From an uncultured Actinomycetota bacterium (GTDB lineage Bacteria; Actinomycetota; Actinomycetes; DATJPE01), in assembly GCA_963851405.1 (NCBI GenBank), contig CAWKPB010000007.1:268780-332779 (forward strand): DNA of 64,000 nucleotides, written 5' to 3'. Under the pieces are notes generated by a model. The model was not told the origin of the DNA and ran no database searches. It was given only the letters and a program-made list of their open reading frames with translations. Positions 50,023 to 62,276 of the stretch are shown here, in pieces. How positions within the stretch are numbered: the stretch's first letter is position 1; each line of letters starts with the position of its first letter. A program made the translations under genes and the position numbers.

Positions 50023-51465
50023 GTGCGCAAGTCCTTCGTTGCTGCTGCCGCCCTGGGCGCAGTGACCGGCTGGGTGGTCTTTCTCGATGCCACGGTCGGC
50101 GTGCCCGGGGGGGTGCTGGATGGACGGTTGCTGCGGGCTTCCTCGCCCACGGTCAGCGTCTCTCAACCACAGCCGCAGTCCCCAGCTGCCTCCGAGTCCG
50201 GGTCTGCTGCGCCGTCTGGGTCGCCGAGCCCGTCTGAGTCGTCGGCGTCGGCCGCGGTCCTCGCGCCAGCAGCGGGCGCCACGGCGCCCGACCCAGAGGT
50301 GTTGGCCGCCCGCCTGGGCGTCGCGCTCAGTCCAGACACCCTCGGGTCCCAGATCGCAGCCTCGGTCATCGATATGGTCACGGGCGAGCAGCTGTACGCG
50401 AAACAAGCCGAACGTGGTCTCACCCCCGCATCGACGACCAAGTTGTTGACCGCTGCGGCGGCTCTCGACCTGGTCGGACCGACCACCCGGCTGGAGACGA
50501 CCGTGGTGGAGAGCTCGGCCGCCGGGCCTGGGAGTTGGCCGACGACCATCACGTTGGTGGGGGGTGGCGATCCGTCGCTTCGGACCACGGCCGCTCCCGG
50601 TGAGCCGTCGCTGAAGAAGCTGGCACGGCAGGTCTGGCAGGCCCTGATCGCCCGGGACGTTCAAGAGGTACGGCTGCGGTACGACGCATCGCTGTTTTCC
50701 CGCCCGGCGGTTTCCAAGGCATGGCCATCGACCTACGTGTCCTCGGGCGTGGTGTCCCCAGTCGCAGCGCTCTCGGTCGATGAGGCGCGCGCTCTCGACC
50801 CACCACGCGAGGCTGCGCTGGCCTTCGAGGCCGCTTTGGAGCGCGCCGGGATCTCGGTGCGCGGCCAGGTCTCGCCGGCCAGAGGGCCCACTGCTGGGGA
50901 TGAGTTGGCGGCGGTCCGGTCCCAGCCCGTCTCCGTCTTGCTCCAGCGCATGCTCACAGACAGTGACAACGATTTCGCGGAAGCTTTCGGTCACTTGGTG
51001 GCAGTGGCCGCCGGTGAACCAGCCACGTTCGCGGGCGGCGCCAGGGCCACGATCGCTGCGGTCGCTGACCTCGGTGTGCCCACCGAGGGGGTGCGGTTGA
51101 ACGACGCGAGCGGGCTGGCCCGTACGAACCGCATCCCTGCGGAGACGCTGGCGCGCTTGTTGGTCTTGGCCGGATCCGACCGGACGGGACCGCTCGGAAC
51201 TGTGCTACCGGGCCTTCCCGTGGCCGGTTTCACGGGCACGCTTACGGACCGTTTCTTGTTGCCACCAGCCAAGTTCGGGGCTGGAGTCGTTCGTGCCAAG
51301 ACCGGGAGTCTCACCGGCGTTGCGGCCCTCGCCGGGACAGTCCAGGATCGGGAGGGCCGTGTGCTGGCGTTCGCGTTCGTGGCCGACCGCACCCAGGACA
51401 CCCTCGAAGCGCGGGCGACTTTGGATCGGGCGGCTGCTCTTCTGGCGCGCTGCGGTTGCCGCTGA
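50023..51465 (+). CDS. dacB: D-alanyl-D-alanine carboxypeptidase/endopeptidase (PBP4 family, S13)
   Basis: Internal GTG start gives a signal peptide; PASTTKLLTAAAAL (SxxK), SDN-like and KTG motifs (FTGTLTDR...KTGSL). Confidence 0.85.
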   Translation: MRKSFVAAAALGAVTGWVVFLDATVGVPGGVLDGRLLRASSPTVSVSQPQPQSPAASESGSAAPSGSPSPSESSASAAVLAPAAGATAPDPEVLAARLGVALSPDTLGSQIAASVIDMVTGEQLYAKQAERGLTPASTTKLLTAAAALDLVGPTTRLETTVVESSAAGPGSWPTTITLVGGGDPSLRTTAAPGEPSLKKLARQVWQALIARDVQEVRLRYDASLFSRPAVSKAWPSTYVSSGVVSPVAALSVDEARALDPPREAALAFEAALERAGISVRGQVSPARGPTAGDELAAVRSQPVSVLLQRMLTDSDNDFAEAFGHLVAVAAGEPATFAGGARATIAAVADLGVPTEGVRLNDASGLARTNRIPAETLARLLVLAGSDRTGPLGTVLPGLPVAGFTGTLTDRFLLPPAKFGAGVVRAKTGSLTGVAALAGTVQDREGRVLAFAFVADRTQDTLEARATLDRAAALLARCGCR

Positions 51466-51507
51466 CCTTCCGGGTCTGGCCTGCGGTCTCTCGCCTACGG
51501 TGGGGAC

Positions 51508-52560
51508 ATGCCGCTGCTGGTCGACTGGGATCTCGCGGCTCGTGCGGGCTCGAAACTGGCCCCGGGGGGACCGGAGGTCACGCCCGCTGCCGCCCGTCAG
51601 GCCGTACGAGAGCTTCGGGCGACGGCCGTCGAAGCCCGCGTTCACGTGCGGGGATTTACCGGCCTCGACGCTCCGGCCGCTGACGCTCCCGTCGAGGTTG
51701 TCGACCGGCGCGCCTGGGTGCGGGCCAATGTCGAAGGCTTTCGGGCTCTGGTGAGCCCGGTGGAGGAGCACTGGTTGGGGCAGCGTTCCACTCATCGTGC
51801 CGTGGCCGCGGTGGGATCCACGGCCACCGCGATAGAACTCGGATCCGTTCTGGCCTGGCTGTCCACCAAGGTCTTGGGGCAGTTCGAGGTATTTGGCCAG
51901 GCCGAGAACCGTCCCGGTCGCCTCCTTCTGGTCGCGCCCAACATCGTCTCCGTCGAACACGAACTCTGCGTGGACCCGGCCGACTTCCGGCTCTGGGTGT
52001 GTTTGCACGAGGAGGCCCATCGGGTCCAATTCGGGGCCGTTCCCTGGCTGCGGTCGTACCTGGCGGAGGAGATCCAGGGCTTGCTCATGATGGTGGACGT
52101 GGCGCCGGGGGCCATGGCGCGACGGATGCAGGACCTGATGAGCGGGCTGCTGGAGGCCGCGCGCAATGGACGGGTGCCCGCGTTGACCGATCTGGTCCAA
52201 ACGGCGGAGCAGAAGGTGGTGGTCGAACGGCTTACTGCAGTGATGTCGCTGCTTGAAGGACATGCCGATGTGGTGATGGACGGCATCGGCCCACAGGTCG
52301 TACCCACGGTGGCCGAGATCCGCGCGCGCTTCCAACAGCGGCGACAGCACCCGTCCCGGATGGACGGGATGCTGAGGACGTTGTTGGGCCTCGACGCCAA
52401 GATGCGTCAGTACTCCGACGGTGCCGCTTTTGTTCGCCACCTCGTGGACGCGGTCGACATGACCGGTTTCAACCGGGTGTGGGAGAGCCCCGACCACTTG
52501 CCCTCGCCGACCGAGCTGCACGACCCTGCCGCCTGGGTGTCGCGCGTCCTAGGGTCGTGA
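51508..52560 (+). CDS. zinc-dependent metalloprotease (conserved actinobacterial family with LVDWDLA N-terminus)
   Basis: [14 protein letters not shown]...; HEXXH as [10 protein letters not shown]. Confidence 0.7.
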   Translation: MPLLVDWDLAARAGSKLAPGGPEVTPAAARQAVRELRATAVEARVHVRGFTGLDAPAADAPVEVVDRRAWVRANVEGFRALVSPVEEHWLGQRSTHRAVAAVGSTATAIELGSVLAWLSTKVLGQFEVFGQAENRPGRLLLVAPNIVSVEHELCVDPADFRLWVCLHEEAHRVQFGAVPWLRSYLAEEIQGLLMMVDVAPGAMARRMQDLMSGLLEAARNGRVPALTDLVQTAEQKVVVERLTAVMSLLEGHADVVMDGIGPQVVPTVAEIRARFQQRRQHPSRMDGMLRTLLGLDAKMRQYSDGAAFVRHLVDAVDMTGFNRVWESPDHLPSPTELHDPAAWVSRVLGS

Positions 52561-53564
52561 CCGGTCCGGTCCCGCCGGTGGCGGCGGCTCGTCACGCGGT
52601 GCGTACGGCCTTGATCGACCTCGAGCCCGGCGATCTGGTCCTCGTCGCCTGCAGCGGGGGAGCGGATTCGTTGGCGTTGGCCGCTGCGGCGTGCCACGAG
52701 GCTGCCCGGCCGGGCTGGAAGGTGGGGGCCGTCACCGTCGACCACGGCCTGCAGAGTGGCTCGGCTGAGCGGGCCGCCGAGCTGGTCGGCCTGCTGCGCG
52801 ATCGGGGCCTTGACCCAGTCGAGGTAGCCACCGTCACTGTCAGGTCTGGAGGCGGACCGGAGGACGCGGCCCGTCGGGCTCGATATGGGGCGCTGGACGC
52901 AGCGGCCGCGCGGCTCGGTGCGGCCGCTGTTCTGCTCGGACACACCCGCGACGACCAAGCAGAGACCGTGCTGCTTGGGCTCGCCCGTGGGTCGGGGGCC
53001 AGGTCACTGGCCGGCATGGCGCCGCGGCGTGGCCTCTACCGGCGTCCCTTCCTGGCCCTCTCCCGGGCGGAGGTACGGGCCGCAGCCGAAGCGCAAGGGT
53101 GGACTCCGTGGGACGACCCGCACAACGAGGATTCGACCTTCGCACGGGTGCGTGCCCGGCGTGACGCGCTCCCCAGCCTCGAGCAGGCCCTGGGTCCGGG
53201 CGTGGCCTCCGCCTTGGCGCGCTCGGCGGAGCTGTTGAGGGCGGACGCGGATGCTCTCGATGCGTGGGCGTCGCAGGTCAGCGCCGACGTCGCGCTCGGC
53301 CAAGACGTTCTGGATGCCGTACGGCTGGCGACCGCTCCGTTGGCCGTGCGAGCGCGGGTGCTTCGCCGTGCCGCCCGAGCGGCCGGGTGCCCGGCCGGGT
53401 CGGTGACGGCTGAGCACACGCGGGGTCTGGATGCGCTGGTCGCAGCATGGACCGGCCAGGGGTCTTTGGCGCTCCCGGGTGGGGTGTTCGCCGGTCGCGA
53501 CTGTGGCAGGCTGATCTTCGCCCGGGACCGGGTGAGCGGACGAGGGATCGGATCACCCGAATGA
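52557..53564 (+). CDS. tilS: tRNA(Ile)-lysidine synthetase
   Basis: GTG at 52557 overlaps the upstream stop; PP-loop [14 protein letters not shown]. Confidence 0.85.
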   Translation: MTGPVPPVAAARHAVRTALIDLEPGDLVLVACSGGADSLALAAAACHEAARPGWKVGAVTVDHGLQSGSAERAAELVGLLRDRGLDPVEVATVTVRSGGGPEDAARRARYGALDAAAARLGAAAVLLGHTRDDQAETVLLGLARGSGARSLAGMAPRRGLYRRPFLALSRAEVRAAAEAQGWTPWDDPHNEDSTFARVRARRDALPSLEQALGPGVASALARSAELLRADADALDAWASQVSADVALGQDVLDAVRLATAPLAVRARVLRRAARAAGCPAGSVTAEHTRGLDALVAAWTGQGSLALPGGVFAGRDCGRLIFARDRVSGRGIGSPE

Positions 53565-53574
53565 ACGCGCCCCG

Positions 53575-54126
53575 ATGAACGCTGAGGACATGGGCGCGGA
53601 CCTGGAGAAGGTCCTGGTGACCGAGGATCAGTTGCGAGCCAGGCTTACGGAGTTGGCCGCCGAAGTCGATGCGGACTACGCGGGTAAGGACCTGTTGTTG
53701 GTCGGCGTCCTCAAGGGCGCGGTCATGGCGATGGCCGATTTGGCTCGCGCCCTGCACGAGCCCGCCCAGATGGACTGGATGGCGGTCTCGTCCTACGGCT
53801 CGGGAACGAAGTCCTCGGGCGTGGTCCGGATCCTCAAGGACTTGGACGGCGACATCTCCGGCCGCAACGTCTTGGTCGTCGAGGACATCATCGATTCCGG
53901 GCTCACCCTGTCGTGGCTCCTGCGCAACCTGCGGTCCCGCGGTCCCGCGTCGGTGGAGGTGCTCGCCGTGCTTCGCAAGCCGGATGCGGCGCGGGTCGAG
54001 GTGCCCGTTCGGTACGTGGGCTTCGACATCCCGAATGAGTTTGTCATCGGGTATGGGCTCGACTACGCCGAGCGATACCGAACCCTGCCCTTCGTCGGGA
54101 CCTTGGCGCCGCACGTCTACTCCTGA
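53575..54126 (+). CDS. hpt: hypoxanthine-guanine phosphoribosyltransferase
   Basis: 183 aa; PRPP-binding [14 protein letters not shown] and ...[17 protein letters not shown]. Confidence 0.9.
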   Translation: MNAEDMGADLEKVLVTEDQLRARLTELAAEVDADYAGKDLLLVGVLKGAVMAMADLARALHEPAQMDWMAVSSYGSGTKSSGVVRILKDLDGDISGRNVLVVEDIIDSGLTLSWLLRNLRSRGPASVEVLAVLRKPDAARVEVPVRYVGFDIPNEFVIGYGLDYAERYRTLPFVGTLAPHVYS

Positions 54127-54304
54127 GACGCTCGTGATGGCCGACTGAGTCGATGCGGCCCAGGCGCAGGGGAGCGCTTCGGTTCGAAGGAAGCGCACGT
54201 CTAAGGAGCGGGGTACCGTTGAGCCAGGGAATCTGCGCCCCCGCAGATGGCTTGTTCGGATAGGTCTGGTCTTCGTTGTCGCCTAAGGCGGGAGGTCGGG
54301 GCGG

Positions 54305-56350
<2,046 letters not shown>

Positions 56351-56356
56351 ATCACC

Positions 56357-56965
56357 GTGGTCGAACCGATCGCGATGCCCGCGAGGTCGTCTCTGCCGGA
56401 CTTCGATCTGGAGCGCGCTGAGGCGGCCGTGCGGGAGCTCCTGCTCGCAGTCGGGGAGGACCCAGACCGCGAAGGGCTGCTGGAGACACCTGCCCGAGTG
56501 GCCCGGATGTACAGCGAGGTGTTCGCGGGCCTGCGGCAGCAGCCCAGCGATGTTCTGAACACGACGTTCGACCTGGGCCACGACGAATTGGTGTTGGTGC
56601 GCGACATCGAGGTCTGGAGTCAGTGCGAGCATCACCTGGTTCCGTTCTTCGGGAAGGCTCACGTCGGCTACATCCCCAGCGCTGACGGGCGCATCACCGG
56701 TTTGTCGAAGTTGGCGCGGCTGGTGGACGTCTTCGCCAAGCGCCCTCAGGTCCAGGAAAGGCTCACGACCCAGGTAGCGGAAGCCTTGGTCGACGAACTC
56801 GGTCCACGCGGCGTCATCGTGGTGTTCGAGTGCGAACACCTGTGCATGGCGATGCGGGGCGTCAAGAAGCCCGGCTCGATCACCGTCACGTCCGCGGTTC
56901 GTGGCCAACTGAGGGATCCTGCGACCCGTGCCGAGGCCATGAGCCTGATCCTCGCCGGTCGATGA
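56357..56965 (+). CDS. folE: GTP cyclohydrolase I
   Basis: QCEHHLVPF and HVGYIP signatures; 202 aa. Confidence 0.95.
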   Translation: MVEPIAMPARSSLPDFDLERAEAAVRELLLAVGEDPDREGLLETPARVARMYSEVFAGLRQQPSDVLNTTFDLGHDELVLVRDIEVWSQCEHHLVPFFGKAHVGYIPSADGRITGLSKLARLVDVFAKRPQVQERLTTQVAEALVDELGPRGVIVVFECEHLCMAMRGVKKPGSITVTSAVRGQLRDPATRAEAMSLILAGR

Positions 56966-57870
56966 CCAACCACACGGTCTTGGCGCGGCGGCCTAGGGTC
57001 GGTCCCGTGAGCAACCCGCGGGAGCCCTTGGGTCTACCCGGTCATCTGCGTGGCTTGGGGCGCACCGTCGTGATGGGCGTCCTCAACGTGACGCCGGACT
57101 CCTTCTCTGACGGCGGCAGATACGAGAGCCTCGGCGCAGCCGTCGATCACGGGCTCGCCCTGGCCGACCAAGGGGCTGACCTCATTGACGTCGGCGGAGA
57201 GTCCACGCGGCCAGGCGCGGAGCGGGTTCCCGAATCGGTCGAGCAGGCCCGAGTCCTGCCTGTCGTGCGCGCACTGGTGGCGCAAGGTGTGTCGGTCAGT
57301 GTGGACACGATGCGGGCGACCACCGCGGTGGCCGCAGTCGACGACGGCGCCGTCGTGATCAACGACGTGTCCGGCGGTCTAGCCGACCCATCCATGCTGG
57401 CCCAGGTTGCTCGGTTGGCAGTCCCCTACGTCGCGATGCACTGGCGGGGCCCGAGCGCCTCCATGGAGTCGCGGGCCACCTACGCCGATGTCGTGGCAGA
57501 GGTGCGCGACGAGCTTTCGCTTCGGCTCGTGGCTGCCGTAGAACTCGGGATTGACCCGGCGCGCATGATCCTCGACCCGGGGCTCGGCTTCGCGAAAACC
57601 GCGGAGCACAACTGGACCCTGTTGGCGCACCTTGAGCAGCTGGAGTCCCTCGGCCGCCCGTTGCTGATCGGTGCGTCACGCAAACGGTTCCTCGGTGCTG
57701 TGCTGGCTGACTCAACGTCGGGGGATCGTCCTCACGCGGGACGCGACACGGCCACCGATGCCGTCAGCGCTCTCGCGGCCCGGGCGGGCGTCTGGTGCGT
57801 GCGTGTGCACGACGTGAGCGGAAGCCTGGACGCGGTCCGGGTCGCCGCTGCTTGGCGGGCGGCCCAATGA
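56962..57870 (+). CDS. folP: dihydropteroate synthase
   Basis: ATG at 56962 overlaps the folE stop; [16 protein letters not shown] and [11 protein letters not shown] pterin-binding motifs. Confidence 0.9.
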   Translation: MTNHTVLARRPRVGPVSNPREPLGLPGHLRGLGRTVVMGVLNVTPDSFSDGGRYESLGAAVDHGLALADQGADLIDVGGESTRPGAERVPESVEQARVLPVVRALVAQGVSVSVDTMRATTAVAAVDDGAVVINDVSGGLADPSMLAQVARLAVPYVAMHWRGPSASMESRATYADVVAEVRDELSLRLVAAVELGIDPARMILDPGLGFAKTAEHNWTLLAHLEQLESLGRPLLIGASRKRFLGAVLADSTSGDRPHAGRDTATDAVSALAARAGVWCVRVHDVSGSLDAVRVAAAWRAAQ

Positions 57871-58232
57871 CCCTCGACCGGGTGGCGCTGCGTGGGCTGC
57901 GGGCCCGAGGCCGCCATGGCTGGTACGACCGGGAGCGAGCCGACGGTCAGATCTTCCTCGTGGACGTGGTTCTCCACCTCGACACAACTCCGGCGGCGGC
58001 GAGTGACCACCTGAACGACACGGTTGACTACGGACTGCTTGGCGAACGAGTCGTCGCTGTCGTCGAGGGCGAGTCGGTGCGGCTGCTCGAGACCCTCGCC
58101 CAACGGATCGCCGACCAGTGTCTGAGCGATCCGCGTGTGGTCCAGGTCGAAGTGACCGTCCACAAACCAGACGCCCCCATGACCGTGGGCTTCGATGACG
58201 TCGAGGTGTGCATCGTTCGGGGGCAGTTATGA
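57867..58232 (+). CDS. folB: dihydroneopterin aldolase
   Basis: ATG at 57867 overlaps the folP stop; ...GWYDRERADGQIFLVDV...DYGLL, typical of FolB; 121 aa. Confidence 0.85.
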   Translation: MTLDRVALRGLRARGRHGWYDRERADGQIFLVDVVLHLDTTPAAASDHLNDTVDYGLLGERVVAVVEGESVRLLETLAQRIADQCLSDPRVVQVEVTVHKPDAPMTVGFDDVEVCIVRGQL

Positions 58233-58774
58233 CCGAAGCACCCGGAGATCCGCGGCGGGCCGTGCTCTCGCTGGGATCCAACCTCGGCGAACGCGAGAAC
58301 TTCCTCCTGGGGGCGGTCCAGGCTCTGTCAGACATGCCCGGGATCGTTCCGGTCGCGGTGTCTTCGGTCTACGAGACAGCCCCCGTGGGTGGTGTGGACC
58401 AGCCGTTGTATCTCAATGCCGTGCTCCTCATCGACACGACGCTGTCCCCGGTCGAGTTGATGGACGCGGCGCTGGTCGTCGAGGCTGCCCACGGACGAGT
58501 CCGCGCCGAGCGACGGGGGCCGCGCACGCTGGACGTCGACATAGTTGCCGTCGGGGACGAGGTCTCGGACGACCCGGCGATCACTCTCCCGCACCCCCGG
58601 GCTCACGAGCGGGCCTTCGTGCTCGTCCCCTGGGCCGAGCTCGATCCGGACGCGTCGTTGCCGCGCTGGGGAAGCGTCCTGGAGTTGCTCGGTACCCTTT
58701 CGCCCGCGGACCGCGGTTCGGTTCGGCTGTTCACCGGTCTGCACCTGACGGTGGGGCCGGGGCCGGGGCAGTGA
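58229..58774 (+). CDS. folK: 2-amino-4-hydroxy-6-hydroxymethyldihydropteridine pyrophosphokinase
   Basis: ATG at 58229 overlaps the folB stop; SLGSNLG...YETAPVGG...RTLDVDIV...HPRAHERAFVLVPW HPPK motifs. Confidence 0.85.
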   Translation: MTEAPGDPRRAVLSLGSNLGERENFLLGAVQALSDMPGIVPVAVSSVYETAPVGGVDQPLYLNAVLLIDTTLSPVELMDAALVVEAAHGRVRAERRGPRTLDVDIVAVGDEVSDDPAITLPHPRAHERAFVLVPWAELDPDASLPRWGSVLELLGTLSPADRGSVRLFTGLHLTVGPGPGQ

Positions 58775-59238
58775 CCGCGACCACCTGGCGCACCTTGCTC
58801 GGCTGGGCCGCCACTGGCGCGCTCCTTGGATGGCTATTTGCGCGCTTCGTCTACATTGCTCGTGGCGAGGTCGCCAGCGTGCCCTTCACGGCCGCGATGG
58901 TCTTGGCGGTAGCGGGAGTCGCTCTGATCTACACGGCGTTCCGCAGTCGTGCGCGCCTCGAGGGCAGGCAGGGGACCAAGCCGCTGCCGCCCTTGGTCGG
59001 CGCCCGGTTGGCCGCCTTGGGTTTGGCGGCCTCCCGGGTCGGGGCCCTCGTCGCCGGCGGCTATGCGGGATACGCGCTGTTCCTCCTTGGTGATTTGACG
59101 ACCGACTACCGAAGGGACGTCGCGCTCCGCTGCCTGTTGTGCATTCTCGGAGCGACCATCTTCATCATTGGAGCCTTGTTCCTGGAGCACGTTCTCAAGC
59201 TTCCAGAGGACTCCGACGAGGTGTCGGCGACCGGGTAG
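58771..59238 (+). CDS. DUF3180-like small membrane protein, last gene of the fol operon
   Basis: GTG at 58771 overlaps the folK stop; four predicted TM helices; conserved position after folK in Actinobacteria. Confidence 0.6.
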   Translation: MTATTWRTLLGWAATGALLGWLFARFVYIARGEVASVPFTAAMVLAVAGVALIYTAFRSRARLEGRQGTKPLPPLVGARLAALGLAASRVGALVAGGYAGYALFLLGDLTTDYRRDVALRCLLCILGATIFIIGALFLEHVLKLPEDSDEVSATG

Positions 59239-59416
59239 GCCGAGCTGGCCGTTCACCCGAGGCGAATCGACGGCTTGGCCGTGCGGCAATACCGGCGCCG
59301 CCGGAAGACCCGATTCTTCTTCCACAGCTTGGGTTTTTGCTCTTCAGACTGTCGGTACCGCACGGTGGATTTCGAGCATCAGTTCGTTTGCCTACACCCG
59401 TGGGAGGTGCTCCAAC

Positions 59417-60760
59417 ATGAACGGCTCGCTTGCTGATCAGCTTCGCGGAGTACTCGACCGCACCGATCTCGACCTCGCAGCTATGACGGGCAGCCAGGCG
59501 GCCGAGCTGGTCGCTGGTTTGGCCGAGGCCGAGTCCCGCATCGCGCTAGTCCGCCTCGCGGCAGAACGGCAAGTCTCTGAGTCGGGTGTGTGGGCGCTGG
59601 ATGGGTCGCGGTCTGCGGCCGCATGGCTGTCCCGGGTTGAGCGACGATCCAAGGCGGCCGTCGGTTCGGACTTGAAGTTGGCGCGAGACCTCGCTGACCA
59701 TTTGCCGGCCACCTCGGCTGCTGTGCGGGACGGCTCGGTGCCGGTGGGCCACGCGAGGGTGCTGGCTCGTGTGTGCACCCGCACCAAGGCCATGCGCGAG
59801 ATGCTGCCTGACGCTGACCGCGGCGAGGCCCTCTTGCTGGCGCAGGCTGGCCTTGACCTGGCGGACTTCACCCGGTTCTGCAATGCGTGGGCCTATCGAG
59901 TGGACCCCGATGCAGCCGACGCGATGTACCGAGAAGCCGACGAAGATCGTTTCGTTCGAATCTCTCCCACCACCGGCGGTACCAAGCTCGACGGATTCCT
60001 CAGCCCGGTGGCCGGCGAGGGACTGTTGGTTGCGCTGCGAGCCGAGATCGGCGTTCCCACGGCGAGTGACACTCGATCTCACGGGCAGCGGATGCACGAT
60101 GCGTTGGAGTCCATCGCCAATCGGGCCCTCGCCGGCGGTGGGCTTGGTGATCACGCCTCCGTTCGCCCCAGCGTGGTCGTCAACGTCGACTTCTCCACAC
60201 TGCAGTCGTTGCAGACGGGTCCGGACTCCTGTGGGTCGGACGCACCGTCGCTGAGCCTGGTGCCTGACCCGCAACTCACCGGGCTCCCGGTCTTTGCCAG
60301 CCGGGCGCCCGCAACGCTGCAGCAGTCCGGCGAGATCGCGTCCGGCCCGGCGTTGAAGCGAATTCTCTGCGATTCGTCCATGACCCGCGTGGTCTTCGGC
60401 CCGCGTGGAGAGGTCCTCGACGTCGGTCGCGCGCAACGCACGTTCACCGGCCCGAGACGTCGAGCCCTAGATGCTCACGACGGAGGATGCATGTACCCCG
60501 GTTGCGGTGCGCCCCCGTGTCAGTGCGAAGGGCACCATACCGAGCCCGGGGGGTGGGCTGGCGGCGCCCGAACCGATGCGCGGGATGGCGGGATTCTGCT
60601 CTGCTTCCACCATCACATCCACGTGCACGAACGAGACATCAGCATTCGCCGCGATGACCCGGGTTGGTGGGTGTTCACCGACAAGCATGGACTCTCTCTA
60701 GGAGCTACTCGCCCGCGGTCTCTTAGCCCGGGCCTCTGGGACCCCTTCAACGCCGTGTGA
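59417..60760 (+). CDS. DUF222 + HNH endonuclease protein (REP13E12-like selfish element)
   Basis: 448 aa; N-terminal DUF222-like region (RIALVRLAAERQVSESGVWALDGSRSAAAWL); C-terminal HNH module CMYPGCGAPPCQCEGHHTEPGGWAGGARTDARDGGILLCFHHHIHVHE. Preceded by an unusually AT-rich 180-nt leader. Confidence 0.8.
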   Translation: MNGSLADQLRGVLDRTDLDLAAMTGSQAAELVAGLAEAESRIALVRLAAERQVSESGVWALDGSRSAAAWLSRVERRSKAAVGSDLKLARDLADHLPATSAAVRDGSVPVGHARVLARVCTRTKAMREMLPDADRGEALLLAQAGLDLADFTRFCNAWAYRVDPDAADAMYREADEDRFVRISPTTGGTKLDGFLSPVAGEGLLVALRAEIGVPTASDTRSHGQRMHDALESIANRALAGGGLGDHASVRPSVVVNVDFSTLQSLQTGPDSCGSDAPSLSLVPDPQLTGLPVFASRAPATLQQSGEIASGPALKRILCDSSMTRVVFGPRGEVLDVGRAQRTFTGPRRRALDAHDGGCMYPGCGAPPCQCEGHHTEPGGWAGGARTDARDGGILLCFHHHIHVHERDISIRRDDPGWWVFTDKHGLSLGATRPRSLSPGLWDPFNAV

Positions 60761-60887
60761 CCAAGCGCGGTCTCAAGCGCATCCGCACAAGAACCGGGCA
60801 TTGCGCTCGCCCCGTCCGGCACGGCACAGCGGCTGCTCGCACATTCGGACTAGCCGACCCGATTGCTTCTCGGGCAGGGTATCGATC

Positions 60888-61277
60888 ATGATCGCGCCGA
60901 TCACCTCCCACATCGAACGCTGGCTTGCAGCCGGCGATGCAGGCGACCTGAAAGCCTTCGACGAACTGCTCCATCCTGACGTGATTGTGCACGCCCCTGC
61001 GGGCCTGTCCACCACGAGTTCTGAGGCTGAGAAGGCCGTGTGGCGAGAGGCGAAGTCCGCGATTCCTGACCTCCGTCATGCTGTGCAGGAGGTACTTGTT
61101 GATGGCGACGTACAGATGGCGCGCGTGGTCGTGACCGGGACGATGGGTGCCGAGTTCGGCGGCGTTGCCGCCACAGGTCGGCCCTTCCGTATGGACCAGG
61201 CTGTGATCGTCCATCTCCGTGAGGGGCGTATCGCAGAGGCGTGGGAGATCGCTGACGTGGGCGTCATCCGCGGATGA
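60888..61277 (+). CDS. SnoaL-like / NTF2-fold protein (ester-cyclase-like)
   Basis: Internal ATG; 129 aa; HIERWLAAGDAGDLKAFDELLHPDVIVH...DGDVQMARVVVTGT follows the SnoaL polyketide-cyclase pattern. Confidence 0.6.
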   Translation: MIAPITSHIERWLAAGDAGDLKAFDELLHPDVIVHAPAGLSTTSSEAEKAVWREAKSAIPDLRHAVQEVLVDGDVQMARVVVTGTMGAEFGGVAATGRPFRMDQAVIVHLREGRIAEAWEIADVGVIRG

Positions 61278-61456
61278 CCGCTGACATCGGACCGAAGTGC
61301 CTACCGTTCTACATCGCCTTCTGACGTCGAAGCCGGGGCTGGTCCGAGCCCCATGGGCAAGATCGGCCGCGTCGGCTAGCGGCTCACCGACCTCTGGCAC
61401 GATCAGCTGATGATTGGTGTGGATCGCGGCCGGACCACCGTGGGGGTCGGTGTTGA

Positions 61457-62230
61457 ATGATTGAGCGCCTGACTGAGATTGCTCCCGGTGTCTGGGTCGC
61501 GACGTCTCGGCGCTACGCCACCACGTCGACGGTTCTGCTTGACGGTCACGGTGGCGCCGTGGTCGTCGACCCCGCTTGGGACGCCGACGAGCTGGCCGCT
61601 ATCCCTGCAGACCTTCGCGCGTTGGGGGTCGGATGCGTGGCCGGGCTGGCCACGCATATCCACTACGACCACGTGCTCTGGCACCCCGATCTCGGTGCCG
61701 TCCCTCGCTGGGCGACGCCCGGCACAGCGCTGTATGCGGCGGCTCACAGAGACGAGGTCACAGCACCCCTGGTCGGTGACATCCCAGACGAACTGGTGTC
61801 CATCGCAGGACTGCTCGATGCGCTCCCTGGCGACACGCTTCCATGGAACGGACCGACGGCTCGAGTGTGGACCCACGACGCACACGCTCCGGCGCACCTT
61901 GCGCTCGAAGTCGAGGGCCACGGGGTTCTCATCGCTGGGGACATGCTGAGCGACGTCGAGCTGCCGATGCCGGACAGCTCCGCGCCGGATTTGGCGTCCT
62001 ATCTGGTGGGACTCGACACGCTTGCCCCAGTCGTAAGCAGGGCAAGGCTGCTGATCCCCGGGCACGGCACACCAACCGAGCACCCGATGCGCAGGCTCGA
62101 TGCTGACCGGGCCTACCTCGACGCGATCCTCAACGGTCGGGCCGTGGACGACCCCCGCATGGCGTACGACGGGATGGCCGAGTTGCACGCGGCCAATCTG
62201 GTCCAAGCGGCGCGGACGTCGTCGGCGTGA
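61457..62230 (+). CDS. MBL-fold metallo-hydrolase
   Basis: HIHYDH (HxHxDH) metal-binding motif, with further His/Asp downstream (IAGDMLSD, PGHG). Confidence 0.8.
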   Translation: MIERLTEIAPGVWVATSRRYATTSTVLLDGHGGAVVVDPAWDADELAAIPADLRALGVGCVAGLATHIHYDHVLWHPDLGAVPRWATPGTALYAAAHRDEVTAPLVGDIPDELVSIAGLLDALPGDTLPWNGPTARVWTHDAHAPAHLALEVEGHGVLIAGDMLSDVELPMPDSSAPDLASYLVGLDTLAPVVSRARLLIPGHGTPTEHPMRRLDADRAYLDAILNGRAVDDPRMAYDGMAELHAANLVQAARTSSA

Positions 62231-62276
62231 TGTGGGGTGCCGCACCGGTTGGTCGGGCTGCGAGGCCTCCTGGCGA

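Noticed and set aside
49726-50994. 422-aa minus-strand ORF
   Set aside because: It is antisense to dacB and overlaps ppa out of frame. The translation is Arg/Gly-rich low complexity.
51205-52521. 438-aa minus-strand ORF
   Set aside because: It is antisense to the zinc metalloprotease gene and the dacB 3-prime end.
53278-54198. 306-aa minus-strand ORF
   Set aside because: It is antisense to hpt and the tilS 3-prime end.
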